Shown here: in pieces, positions 10,043 to 19,596 of the stretch
Position numbering within the stretch: the stretch's first letter is position 1
Layout of the letters: each line of letters begins with the position of its first letter
Assembly: GCA_049968235.1 (NCBI GenBank)
Contig: JBMFRC010000006.1
Coordinates: forward strand, 107,866 to 171,865
Origin: Candidatus Hydrogenedens sp.
GTDB lineage: Bacteria > Hydrogenedentota > Hydrogenedentia > Hydrogenedentales > Hydrogenedentaceae
Direction: 5' to 3'
DNA length: 64,000 nucleotides
Made by a program: the position numbers and the translations under genes
Notes under the pieces: model-generated
Database searches by the model: none
What the model saw: only the letters and a program-made list of their open reading frames with translations
What the model was told of the DNA's origin: nothing

Positions 10043-11566
10043 TTACTGTTCTTCTTCAGATTCCTTATCCTCTTTATTATTTCTTCCTGTTATTTTCATC
10101 TTTTCTAAATACTCATCTAAAGTAAGCCCACTTTCTCGGATTTTTTCAATATATTTAGATACTGCTTCAAAATAAGTAAAATCACATTTTCTTAGTCCTT
10201 CTTTAATCTCGTCTGTATTATTTCCTTCATTTCTTTCCAAAGAGCGTAGCAGTCGATTTTCAAATTCCATTTTTGAGAGCACTACTTTATATGTTTTATC
10301 TGCCACTAAATCTGTTTTTACTGCAACTTTATCTGGGGGGAACGACCTTTCATATTCTGCGTTTATTCCTGCCCATTCCGTTCTACTCCAGCCGTATTTA
10401 AGCAAATCAATTAAATATTGCTCAATTTGCTTTCCTGTCAATGTTATTTCGACCAGTTCTTTAGCGCGGTGTCCTGCTGTTAGATAGACAGCATTGTAAT
10501 CTAATTTAGTGGGTGGAAATGTACTTCGAATAAGTAATCGCGGATGACAAAAGGCAATATCAGCATTGGCTCTTTCTTTAATTGCATTAGCACTTAATAC
10601 TCCAATTTGACTTGTATTAATTAATTTTCTGTTATCTATCAAAAACTCTGATGCGATTGGACATATCTTCTTCTCTTCTGCTGATACCCAATTTAAAATT
10701 CCTTCATCAGGTTTTATAATATCATGTTTCATTTCCACTACCTGGTTCGTATATCTACTAATCTTTTGCTTCTCATTATCTATCACCAATTTTAAATGCC
10801 CCGCATACATAGCATAGGAACCCGCCTGAACGATGATTGCATTTGTATCTTCACACTGCCTTGCTTCCTTCAATAACTCGTGAGTATGTCCGGAAATAAA
10901 CACAGAAATTTCAGGGATTTTTTTAGATATTTCTGCACAGGCGTTACTTCCAAGATGGCATAGTGCAATAATGAAATGACAACCTTGTTTTTTTAATTCA
11001 TCAATCGCTTTTTTTAGTTCGGGAACAGATTCTCTGGCAACTTTCATTTCTTCACCACCTAATTTCACAACACCGATAAAACCTATGGGTAAATTTCCCA
11101 CTTTTTTTACAACCCACGGCTTATAACAATGTTCTAAACCTTCTTTATAATTTGTTCCTACAAATTCTACTGAAGGTGACAGTTCCCTTAACTTGCAAAG
11201 TCGTTCAATTCCTTTATCATAATCATGATTTCCGATAACCATCACATCATATTTCATTTGCTCTATGATCTTATACATCATTTCTCCATCAGTTAAATCC
11301 GCAACCATGTCTCCTTTATCTGTCAAATCACCTGCATCAAGCAACAATACATCTGGATTTTCTTCCCTTACATTATTTACAAATCCTGCAATATAGGGAA
11401 TTCCTCCTACACCCAAATAACCCGGTCGTATATGGTCGTGAATATCATTTGTATAAACAATATTAACTTCTACATCTTCTGAAAATAAATTAAAAGAAAC
11501 CAAAAACAGTAAAATTACACTCAAAAGTACCCTCAAATAATAATTTTTGTTATTCTTTGTCAACAT
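10043..11566 (-). CDS. secreted bifunctional metallophosphatase/5'-nucleotidase (UshA family)
   Basis: Signal peptide. DIHDHI, LLLDAGDLTDKGD, GNHDYD and GHTHE are calcineurin-like phosphoesterase motifs, followed by a 5'-nucleotidase C-terminal-like region and an acidic tail. Confidence 0.8.
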   Translation of the reverse strand: MLTKNNKNYYLRVLLSVILLFLVSFNLFSEDVEVNIVYTNDIHDHIRPGYLGVGGIPYIAGFVNNVREENPDVLLLDAGDLTDKGDMVADLTDGEMMYKIIEQMKYDVMVIGNHDYDKGIERLCKLRELSPSVEFVGTNYKEGLEHCYKPWVVKKVGNLPIGFIGVVKLGGEEMKVARESVPELKKAIDELKKQGCHFIIALCHLGSNACAEISKKIPEISVFISGHTHELLKEARQCEDTNAIIVQAGSYAMYAGHLKLVIDNEKQKISRYTNQVVEMKHDIIKPDEGILNWVSAEEKKICPIASEFLIDNRKLINTSQIGVLSANAIKERANADIAFCHPRLLIRSTFPPTKLDYNAVYLTAGHRAKELVEITLTGKQIEQYLIDLLKYGWSRTEWAGINAEYERSFPPDKVAVKTDLVADKTYKVVLSKMEFENRLLRSLERNEGNNTDEIKEGLRKCDFTYFEAVSKYIEKIRESGLTLDEYLEKMKITGRNNKEDKESEEEQ

Positions 11567-11695
11567 AAACTACTCCTTTAAATGTTTTACATGTATATAT
11601 AAAAATTTGACTATAATTACCTTTTTTAGGTTTATTTTTCTTATATTTATATTTAAACAATTTGCTCTCAAAATTTATTGTAATAAGGAATAAAA

Positions 11696-12316
11696 ATGTC
11701 ATTTCTTTCAAAACAGCCGTTTTTCTTATTCATAACTTTATTTCTCTTTTCCTGCTCCAATGCTATTGTTCAGGAAACAAATCTAAAAGGAGAATTTAAA
11801 GTATTAGAAGTCCAACCTGTATCAGCCCCAATAAATAATATCATTAAAAATGGTTCTTTTATAGAATGGCTCTCTGGAACGCGGGTTCCCTCAGGTTTTC
11901 TACCTCCTTTTTCTCAATACTCTTATGTAAATAAAAAAGCCAAAAAAGGAACCGGCTATGAAGTTGTTCAAAAGTGGATAAAAGCCGATGTAGGTGTGGA
12001 CATAGGGAATATGTTTCGTACTTCTTTATCTGATTTACAACCGAATAGTTACATCTTTTCTGTAAATGCCACATTATTAAAAGGTCCAAAAGTTAATATA
12101 GGGATATGGAAAATATCCGAACCTGGCAAAATGGAACCTTTTATAGACCCTCTTATAGAAGTCTTGGGCGAATTGAATAAACCTATTCATCTTGAAAAAG
12201 AATTCAAAATAGACCAAGGTGACACATATTTTTTATGTGCCTATGCACCTGAAGGAACACCGCAAATTATCTGGTCAGACTGGATACTATCCGTAGCACC
12301 TACAAATAATAAGTAA
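11696..12316 (+). CDS. hypothetical lipoprotein
   Basis: Signal peptide ending LFLFSCSNA (lipobox). No other motif. Confidence 0.5.
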   Translation: MSFLSKQPFFLFITLFLFSCSNAIVQETNLKGEFKVLEVQPVSAPINNIIKNGSFIEWLSGTRVPSGFLPPFSQYSYVNKKAKKGTGYEVVQKWIKADVGVDIGNMFRTSLSDLQPNSYIFSVNATLLKGPKVNIGIWKISEPGKMEPFIDPLIEVLGELNKPIHLEKEFKIDQGDTYFLCAYAPEGTPQIIWSDWILSVAPTNNK

Positions 12317-12321
12317 ATTTA

Positions 12322-12747
12322 TTATTCCCCTGTAACTGTAATTCTTTTCCCTATAGAGACTGATTTCTTAGGTAGTGTTATTTTAAGTAAACCCATTTGC
12401 ATTTCTGCGCTAACTTTATCTTCATCTATCTCATCAGCGAATTCAATAATCTTTTCAAAACTTCCATATAAACATTCGCAAAAAACTGTTTTTTCATCGC
12501 CTTCATCTGCTCTTCTTACTTTATTTCCGCGTATACTCAATTTGTTTTTATCAATAGTCAACACAATATCTCCTTTCTTTACACCTGGCAATTCTACAAA
12601 AACATAATACTCTGCATTTGTTTCATAAACATCAGCAAGAGGTTCCCAGGGTTCACCTTCATTTAAACCTGTATTGAGACGACGCCATACTTCCATCATC
12701 AATTTTCGAGGCAATACTCGTAATGTATCAAAAGGGGAAATAAACAT
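12322..12747 (-). CDS. Hsp20/alpha-crystallin family small heat-shock protein
   Basis: 141 aa. ADVYETNAEYYVFVELPGVKKGDI...GLLKITLPK matches the alpha-crystallin domain pattern. Confidence 0.85.
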   Translation of the reverse strand: MFISPFDTLRVLPRKLMMEVWRRLNTGLNEGEPWEPLADVYETNAEYYVFVELPGVKKGDIVLTIDKNKLSIRGNKVRRADEGDEKTVFCECLYGSFEKIIEFADEIDEDKVSAEMQMGLLKITLPKKSVSIGKRITVTGE

Positions 12748-12883
12748 GGCATATTCTCCTATTTATATTTAGTTGTATCTACTATTATTATATACCAATA
12801 ATGACTGGAAGTGTTTCGTTTTTCTGATAAAAATATTCAATGTCCAATATATTTTTGAAGACAATTAATTGGAATTTACGAAA

Positions 12884-14092
12884 TTAACCGAATATTTCTC
12901 TGGCTGTATAAAACAACTTCGGAATATCTAAATAATAAGGACATTGCTCCATAGCAGTTCTAATCTGCTCTTTTGATAGATTTTCGATATATTTTTGAAT
13001 ATCTTTATAACAATAACGAGCCCAACTTTCATCTCCGTATCTCTTTGCATACAAAATACATCGCCAGACATCTTGCACATGTAGTTCTTCCTGCATACCT
13101 TTTTCACAATGCTGGTTACAACCGGCACAATAAAGATGTTGTGTCCTTTCTGCTATATTTCTCAACTGTTGTTTTTCCAACTCTGTTAATTTCATAGGTG
13201 TTATCGCTGCATACGCATTTTCATGAACATGTTGTATATTCCCCATTTGGGATGCAATACCTGCAATCCGTTCATCTTCCCACACTGCTTTCAATTTTGC
13301 CTGTATTTTTGTAAAATTTTTTGATGTCCATGGTAATAATTCTTCGCCATCATCCGGAATACTACCTAATGTTTTAATTGCTACCAGCCCTATTCCTGCT
13401 TCTGTGCATGCATCTATTGCTCTATTTAAATTATCCTTTCCCATTTCACGAAAACTATACTTAAACATAATCACATCAATTCCTCCTCCTAGCTTGCTGG
13501 CTTTCATCATAAGTTCATGTGCATTCCCGTGATGAGCACTAAAACCAAAATAGCGTATTTTTCCCTCTTTTTTTAATTTATCCCCCATATCTATAAACTC
13601 TTTGTCCAAAAATCGTTCGTGCTTAACAATATGCATGTAAAAAATATCTAAATAATCTGTCTCCAATTCCTGCAACGACAAATTTATATTCTCAACAAAC
13701 TTTTCAGGAGTGGCTTTGTCCTCTGTTTGATGAACTTTGGATGCAATTATCAACTTTTTTCTATCCCCAATTTGTTTAATAAAAGGAGCTATCGTTTTAT
13801 GAGATTGTCCTTCTGCATACATTTGGGCAGTATCTAAATGATTTACCCCTAATTCGTATGCACGATGCAATCTTCTATCATATACCGGATCCAAATTTTG
13901 ACAACATCCCATAATCAGGATAGGTGTTACAATATCCGTTTTACCTAATTTCCTGACTGGAACCTTAGTTCCGGGAGGTATTTTCCAGGAACTCGGCTTA
14001 TTTTCAGTCTCTTCCGAAAAACTTGTTTTAGTTAATATGCTTGCTGTAGTTACTGTTTTAATTGTTTGTTCGATAAAATCTCTTCGATTCAT
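12884..14092 (-). CDS. Tat-exported aldo/keto reductase with a C-terminal Cys-rich (probable Fe-S) extension
   Basis: MNRRDFIEQT twin-arginine signal. AKR core (LDTAQMYAEGQSHK..., IASKV). C-terminal CAGCNQHCEKG...C...C cluster. Confidence 0.8.
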   Translation of the reverse strand: MNRRDFIEQTIKTVTTASILTKTSFSEETENKPSSWKIPPGTKVPVRKLGKTDIVTPILIMGCCQNLDPVYDRRLHRAYELGVNHLDTAQMYAEGQSHKTIAPFIKQIGDRKKLIIASKVHQTEDKATPEKFVENINLSLQELETDYLDIFYMHIVKHERFLDKEFIDMGDKLKKEGKIRYFGFSAHHGNAHELMMKASKLGGGIDVIMFKYSFREMGKDNLNRAIDACTEAGIGLVAIKTLGSIPDDGEELLPWTSKNFTKIQAKLKAVWEDERIAGIASQMGNIQHVHENAYAAITPMKLTELEKQQLRNIAERTQHLYCAGCNQHCEKGMQEELHVQDVWRCILYAKRYGDESWARYCYKDIQKYIENLSKEQIRTAMEQCPYYLDIPKLFYTAREIFG

Positions 14093-14178
14093 TTTAATAT
14101 ACCTTAAATACAGTTGCTTTTATAATTCACACTTTGTTATAAATTATAATTAAACTAAAACACATAAGGAGTACTTTT

Positions 14179-14586
14179 ATGCCATTAATTCAATGGAACG
14201 ATTCTTTAAGTGTCGGCATTCCTTCTATGGATACACAACATCAAAAATTAATCAATATTATAAATCGACTACATGATGCTATGCGTGAAGGAAAAGGGAA
14301 AGATATTATATCCCCCGTATTAACGGAGTTACATAATTATACCGTTACTCACTTTACAGCAGAAGAAAAATTAATGGAACAATGTAAATACAGTGGTCTT
14401 GCCGTTCAGAAACAACAACATAATAATTTTGTCAATCAAATTAAAAAGTATCAGTCTGACTATGAAAAAGGTTCATTAACTCTTCCTCTTTCGGTTTCCA
14501 ATTACTTAAAAGACTGGCTTATTAATCATATTCAGGGTCTGGATAAAAAATATGAGACATCTATGAAATCAGCAGGAATTAAATAG
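14179..14586 (+). CDS. bacteriohemerythrin (hemerythrin HHE cation-binding domain)
   Basis: 135 aa. W-x-D...H...H...E...H...H...D ligand spacing (QWNDSLSVGIPSMDTQHQ...HFTAEEKLM...HNNF...WLINHIQGLDKKY). Confidence 0.75.
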   Translation: MPLIQWNDSLSVGIPSMDTQHQKLINIINRLHDAMREGKGKDIISPVLTELHNYTVTHFTAEEKLMEQCKYSGLAVQKQQHNNFVNQIKKYQSDYEKGSLTLPLSVSNYLKDWLINHIQGLDKKYETSMKSAGIK

Positions 14587-14597
14587 GAGAAATATCT

Positions 14598-15005
14598 ATG
14601 GCTTTTCTCAATTGGAACGATAATTTTAATATTGGAATATTTCAAATTGATGCTCAACATAAAAATCTGGTTAATATTATTAATCAGTTATATGAAGCGA
14701 TGAGTGTAGGGAAAGGAAAAGAAATTATTGGGAAAATTGTAAAAGAATTGGCGGGTTATACAATTACTCATTTTGGCACTGAAGAGAAACTCATGCAGGA
14801 ACATGGCTATCCTGAATTGCCTCAACATAAAAAAGAACATGAACTTTTTGTTAAAAAAGTTCAGGAATTTAATAATGAAATTCAAAAAGGGAATCTTATC
14901 ATTGTTTCTAATGTTGCCAATTTCTTGAAGGAATGGTTGATAAAACATATTCAAGGAACCGATAAGAAATATGGTCCATTTTTAAAGGGAAAAGGGGTAA
15001 AATAG
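14598..15005 (+). CDS. bacteriohemerythrin (tandem paralog)
   Basis: 135 aa, about 50% identical to the preceding ORF, with the same ligand pattern. Confidence 0.75.
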   Translation: MAFLNWNDNFNIGIFQIDAQHKNLVNIINQLYEAMSVGKGKEIIGKIVKELAGYTITHFGTEEKLMQEHGYPELPQHKKEHELFVKKVQEFNNEIQKGNLIIVSNVANFLKEWLIKHIQGTDKKYGPFLKGKGVK

Positions 15006-15083
15006 GAACTGTTATATATACCGTTTTTTAGCATGTTATAACCAATATATTTGAAATGACACTACATTAACTATGAAACCGAC

Positions 15084-16352
15084 ATGTTTGAACCTAAATA
15101 TATTTCGTTATTAATTTTTATTTTATTGTATCTCCTGTTCTTCATCCTGCCTTCGCGTAGAAGTATTACTGCTATTATTGCATCTACTATTATCCTAATT
15201 ACAGGAATAATGGCACCTACAGAATTTTTCTTAGCCATTAACTGGAATGTGATGGGTATTTTTGTAGGTATGCTTTTTCTTGCAGATATTTTTATTGATA
15301 GTCGCTGTCCTGCTTTCTTAGCCACTTATCTCATTCATAAAAAAATGAGCACGCCTGTTGCTTTATTAGTAATTTGTGGACTAGCTTCATTTATTTCTGC
15401 ATTTGTAGAAAATGTTGCTACTGTTCTCATTATCGCTCCTATATGTTTTGAATTGGCAAAACGATTAAAAATTGACCCGCGTGAATTAATAATCGGTATT
15501 GCGATTTCGAGCAATTTACAGGGAACAGCAACTTTAATTGGAGACCCACCCAGTATGCTTTTAGCGGGGTATGTGCATCTTAACTTTTTAGATTTCTTTT
15601 TTTACCATGGTAAACCCGGAATTTTCTTTGCAATACAGATAGGTGCTATTACTTCCTTAACTTTTCTTTACTGGACATTCAAAAAATATAAAAGTGAACA
15701 GGAAGTAAGTATTGAACCTATAAAATCGTGGATACCTACTTTCCTTCTTTTATTGTTAATTTTCCTGCTTGCCCTTGCATCGTTTTTTGAAGAAAGTTTT
15801 TTCACATCCGCAGGATTTATTTGTATGGTAATTGCAGGTATAGGTCTTATCTGGGCAAAGTATACCAGTAAAATCTCTATAATAAATAGCATTAAAGAAC
15901 TCGACTGGGACACTACTTTGTTTCTTCTTGGTGTATTTATAATGGTGGGCACTTTAAATAAATTTGGCTGGACGAACGATATTGCAGAATTAATATACAA
16001 ATATGTGGGAAATAATAAAATTGTGATATATTTTGCTCTTATCATTATATCCATTGTTTTATCTGGATTTATTGATAATGTCCCATATCTCGCAGCAATG
16101 CTACCTATTACAACAATCCTTGCAGAAAAAGGAGGTTTCAATCCTACCTTACTTTATTTCGGCTTGCTTATCGGTGCCAGTCTTGGAGGAAATATAACTC
16201 CTATTGGGGCATCAGCAAATATTGTGGGAACAGGGTTGCTAAAAAAGGAAGGCTATCCTGTATCATTTATGCAATGGATAAAAATTTCCATTCCATTTAC
16301 CCTTATTGCGGTTATCCCCGCATCTATATTTGTTTTATTTATATGGTTATAG
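15084..16352 (+). CDS. ArsB/NhaD-superfamily (YbiR/CitMHS-like) anion permease
   Basis: Polytopic, 422 aa. LIGDPPSMLLAG and internal duplication typical of the ion-transporter superfamily. Confidence 0.7.
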   Translation: MFEPKYISLLIFILLYLLFFILPSRRSITAIIASTIILITGIMAPTEFFLAINWNVMGIFVGMLFLADIFIDSRCPAFLATYLIHKKMSTPVALLVICGLASFISAFVENVATVLIIAPICFELAKRLKIDPRELIIGIAISSNLQGTATLIGDPPSMLLAGYVHLNFLDFFFYHGKPGIFFAIQIGAITSLTFLYWTFKKYKSEQEVSIEPIKSWIPTFLLLLLIFLLALASFFEESFFTSAGFICMVIAGIGLIWAKYTSKISIINSIKELDWDTTLFLLGVFIMVGTLNKFGWTNDIAELIYKYVGNNKIVIYFALIIISIVLSGFIDNVPYLAAMLPITTILAEKGGFNPTLLYFGLLIGASLGGNITPIGASANIVGTGLLKKEGYPVSFMQWIKISIPFTLIAVIPASIFVLFIWL

Positions 16353-16399
16353 GTAAGATAAAATTGAGCATTAATAAATTTCTATCAAGGAGTCTTGCT

Positions 16400-17482
16400 A
16401 TGCCATTATTCTGTTTGCTTATCTCTTCATGCGTTGTTCTACATAATCCTCCTATCCTATCAACTGAAGATTTCATATCAATAGTTCAAAATAGCGGGGG
16501 AACTGTAAACTATATTTTTGAAGATGAACGACCCTTCAAAGAATGCCATGCCTCTACAATAGTCGAAACAGCGGAAGGGAATATCCTATCCGCATGGTTT
16601 GGAGGAACAAAAGAAAAAAATCCAGATGTGGCTATCTGGCTATCCCGATGGGACGGCAAAGAATGGACCACACCTAAAAAAATAGCCAAAGTACGTGAAG
16701 AAGCACATTGGAATCCTGTTCTATTCAAAGACCAGGATAATATTATCTATTTGTTTTTCAAGGTAGGGAAAGATGTACCCATTTGGTCCACTTATTGGAT
16801 GAAAACAGAGGATAACGGAAAGACCTGGTCAGAACCGATCGAACTGGTACCGGGTGATATTGGCGGTAGAGGTCCCGTAAAAAATAAACCTATCATCCTG
16901 CATGACGGGACATGGCTTGCTCCTGCTTCGACCGAAATTAAAGGTTGGCGTTGTTTTGCGGACAGGAGCAATGATAAAGGCGTAACATGGATACGAAGTG
17001 ATGATTGGAATATCGAATCCTCCGGAATTCGTGGGAAAGGCGTTATCCAGCCTACTTTCTGGGAATCTCAGCCTAATTATGTTCATGCACTCATGCGTTC
17101 CACAGGTGGCTGTATTGCCCGCTGTGACTCAGAAGATGGCGGAAAAACATGGGGAAAAGTTTATCGTACCGATTTGCCAAATAACAATAGTGGTATTGAC
17201 CTTATCAAAAATACAGACGGCGTTCTCTGGTTAGTTTATAATCCCATCAGCGGGAACTGGGGACCTCGCAATTCTTTAATGTTTGCATATTCCAGAGATA
17301 ATGGCAAAACATGGACAAATTTCGTTTATCTCGAAAAGAATTTAATCCCCACTCATGAATACTCTTATCCTGCCATTATTACCACACATAAAGGGATTGC
17401 TATTTCTTACACATGGCGTCGAGAACGAATAAAATTCTGGGAAATCCCCAATGATGTCCTAAAAAAATATATAACCCTATAA
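16400..17482 (+). CDS. BNR/Asp-box repeat sialidase-like glycoside hydrolase, lipoprotein
   Basis: I chose the start at ATG 16400 (MPLFCLLISSC lipobox). The track start at 16274 overlaps the permease and is probably wrong. Four Asp-boxes are present: TEDNGKTW, SNDKGVTW, SEDGGKTW, SRDNGKTW. Confidence 0.65.
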   Translation: MPLFCLLISSCVVLHNPPILSTEDFISIVQNSGGTVNYIFEDERPFKECHASTIVETAEGNILSAWFGGTKEKNPDVAIWLSRWDGKEWTTPKKIAKVREEAHWNPVLFKDQDNIIYLFFKVGKDVPIWSTYWMKTEDNGKTWSEPIELVPGDIGGRGPVKNKPIILHDGTWLAPASTEIKGWRCFADRSNDKGVTWIRSDDWNIESSGIRGKGVIQPTFWESQPNYVHALMRSTGGCIARCDSEDGGKTWGKVYRTDLPNNNSGIDLIKNTDGVLWLVYNPISGNWGPRNSLMFAYSRDNGKTWTNFVYLEKNLIPTHEYSYPAIITTHKGIAISYTWRRERIKFWEIPNDVLKKYITL

Positions 17483-17603
17483 TTTCTTCTATCCCTCTGC
17501 AAATGGATATTTACATCCACAACGAATAAATCCGTTGAAACAATTTGTTTTCTATTCGTGTCTTATATGAAACACAAAATTCTCATACTTTAAGGATTTT
17601 ATC

Positions 17604-18917
17604 ATGCTTTCACAGACCCTAAAAATAACTTTCTTTTTTATTTTACTTCTTTGCTTGCTCTCCTTTCCTTATGCCTTTTCTGAACCTGTTTTCAAAGCAG
17701 GCTTTGCAATGGTAGATATTACCCCTCCTGCGGGCATCCCAATGTGGGGGTATGGAGCAAGACATGATTTACCTTCCGAAGGTACAAAATATCCACTGAA
17801 TTTCAAGGTTGTCGTATTTGATGATGGAACAAATCGTCTCGCTATTGGCGGATTGGATTTAGGTCGTTCACCTACACAATGGTCAATGGAAAAAATCACA
17901 GAACGCCTGAAAAAAGAATGTGGCGTTTCTTATGTCATGCTTGCCGGCTCACATACCCATCACGGACCTGTTATAGAACTAATAAATGAACCCAACTGTG
18001 GACAGGGTAAATTTGATAAAGCCATTCAATATGTTGACGAGCTCGAAAACAAGATTTGTACGGCAATATCCGAAGCAACAACAAGACTTATTCCCGCAAA
18101 AATTGGCTGGGCAAGTGAGCAAACTGACTTGAATCGCAATCGTGTATCAAAGAAACCGCAAAAAATGCGAGACCCGGAACTAACCATAATTCGGATAGAT
18201 ACAATAGATGGTAAACCTATTACAGCAATAATTAATTTCTCTGCACACCCAGTACTCGATGATATATTTGACCGTCGCTGGAGTTCCGACTGGGCAGGTA
18301 TTATGCAAAAAAGATTTGAAGAATTATTAAATGTCCCCTGTATATTCCTTCAAGGTTCCACAGGTGATATGTCGCCCAATACCAATGACCAACGAAAAGG
18401 AATGGTCGGATTTGGAAACGCTATCGGAGAATATTCCGCCGAACTTTATAAAAAAATATCAACAACTGTTCCTACACAACCACAAATACAATTCATATCT
18501 GAACGATTTACATACCCTTCCCGCATGGATACAAACAATCCCCTCGTTATGGCTGTTTACAAACAAGGATTTTTCCCGGAACTTATCAACGCACTATTAA
18601 AAGAATTCTCCAATAACACTGTCTCCGTAACCTTATCAACTGCCCTTATAAACAAAGAATTAGCACTTGTTGGTGGTTCCGGCGAATTCTTCTCTGGTCT
18701 TGCCATCCGTCTAAAAACCAATTCACCAGCAAAAAAGACAATATTCTTGGGATATTGCAACGGACATTCCCTTTACATCCCCACTGTAGAAGCGGTCGAA
18801 GAAGGTGGATACGGTGCCGACCCTATGTTTTCATGGGTCCCCCCAGGAACAGGTGAAAACCTAATAGACAAAGCCTGTGCAAACATCAAAGAAATGCTAA
18901 CCCAAACTGCCAATTAA
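17604..18917 (+). CDS. neutral/alkaline ceramidase family protein, secreted
   Basis: Signal peptide. FAMVDITPPAGIPMWGYGAR and LAGSHTHHGP match the neutral-ceramidase N-domain signatures (VDITPP...GYG...SHTHSGP). Confidence 0.75.
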   Translation: MLSQTLKITFFFILLLCLLSFPYAFSEPVFKAGFAMVDITPPAGIPMWGYGARHDLPSEGTKYPLNFKVVVFDDGTNRLAIGGLDLGRSPTQWSMEKITERLKKECGVSYVMLAGSHTHHGPVIELINEPNCGQGKFDKAIQYVDELENKICTAISEATTRLIPAKIGWASEQTDLNRNRVSKKPQKMRDPELTIIRIDTIDGKPITAIINFSAHPVLDDIFDRRWSSDWAGIMQKRFEELLNVPCIFLQGSTGDMSPNTNDQRKGMVGFGNAIGEYSAELYKKISTTVPTQPQIQFISERFTYPSRMDTNNPLVMAVYKQGFFPELINALLKEFSNNTVSVTLSTALINKELALVGGSGEFFSGLAIRLKTNSPAKKTIFLGYCNGHSLYIPTVEAVEEGGYGADPMFSWVPPGTGENLIDKACANIKEMLTQTAN

Positions 18918-19538
18918 TTTTACTTAGTTCGACATTCAACAATCTCTAACAAAAAGCCCCATTTACATCCAGTAATTGTTTACACAATTAATAAATAAAA
19001 CCTTATATCAAAACATCCCATTTTTTAAGCAGGGGCTTTTGGTATGCAAGCGTATTAATGTATAGGCGAAATTTTTTTGCCTCCCTCTCGGATAAATATT
19101 ATTTTTTCATCGGGTATGTGAGAATATGCGTGTTGATGCAATAAAAATGTCTGTATCACAATATTTTTTTATTCATTTATGCGTTTTTTAATTTATCTAG
19201 GACGGATTGATGTATATTTGCGTATTTATTAGTGCGAATGATTATTCGCCACTACATTTTTCTGTGTTCATGATAAATGCATCTTGTGGGAAATTCTATA
19301 AATTTGAATAGGGATTGCTGGTAAGGATTATATTGTTTTCGATAAGATAATCGAATAAAATTTATTAGATAGACAGAGGAAATAACATTAAAAGTCATAA
19401 AAAGAGGAATATATTAGGTCTCCACTAAGGGGATAAGTTTTAATTATCCATTTTGTTATCTATCTGGTCGCATTATTTTTTCTATCTATCCAATTTTGTT
19501 ATATCTATCTCTCCTGTTTAACCCATTACAAAATAATT

Positions 19539-19572
19539 AGCCCTTGTTGTTATTTTTTTTAGAACAAGGGCT
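19539..19572 (-). terminator. hairpin (AGCCCTTGTT / AACAAGGGCT, 14-nt loop) just downstream of the pntB stop. Candidate intrinsic terminator.
   Basis: 10-bp perfect inverted repeat 25 nt past the pntB stop, followed on the minus strand by an A/T-rich stretch. The loop is large, so the structure is only moderately convincing. Confidence 0.4.
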
Positions 19573-19596
19573 ATGAAATTTTGCGATGATATATTA

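Noticed and set aside
16274-16399. Track start of the BNR protein at 16274 (MDKNFHSIYPY...)
   Set aside because: It overlaps the permease gene by 79 nt. The internal ATG at 16400 begins a canonical lipoprotein signal peptide (MPLFCLLISSC).
18918-19596. Replication origin (DnaA boxes) in the long intergenic gap
   Set aside because: There are only weak TTATCCAtt-like matches, no cluster of TTWTNCACA boxes, and no dnaA nearby.
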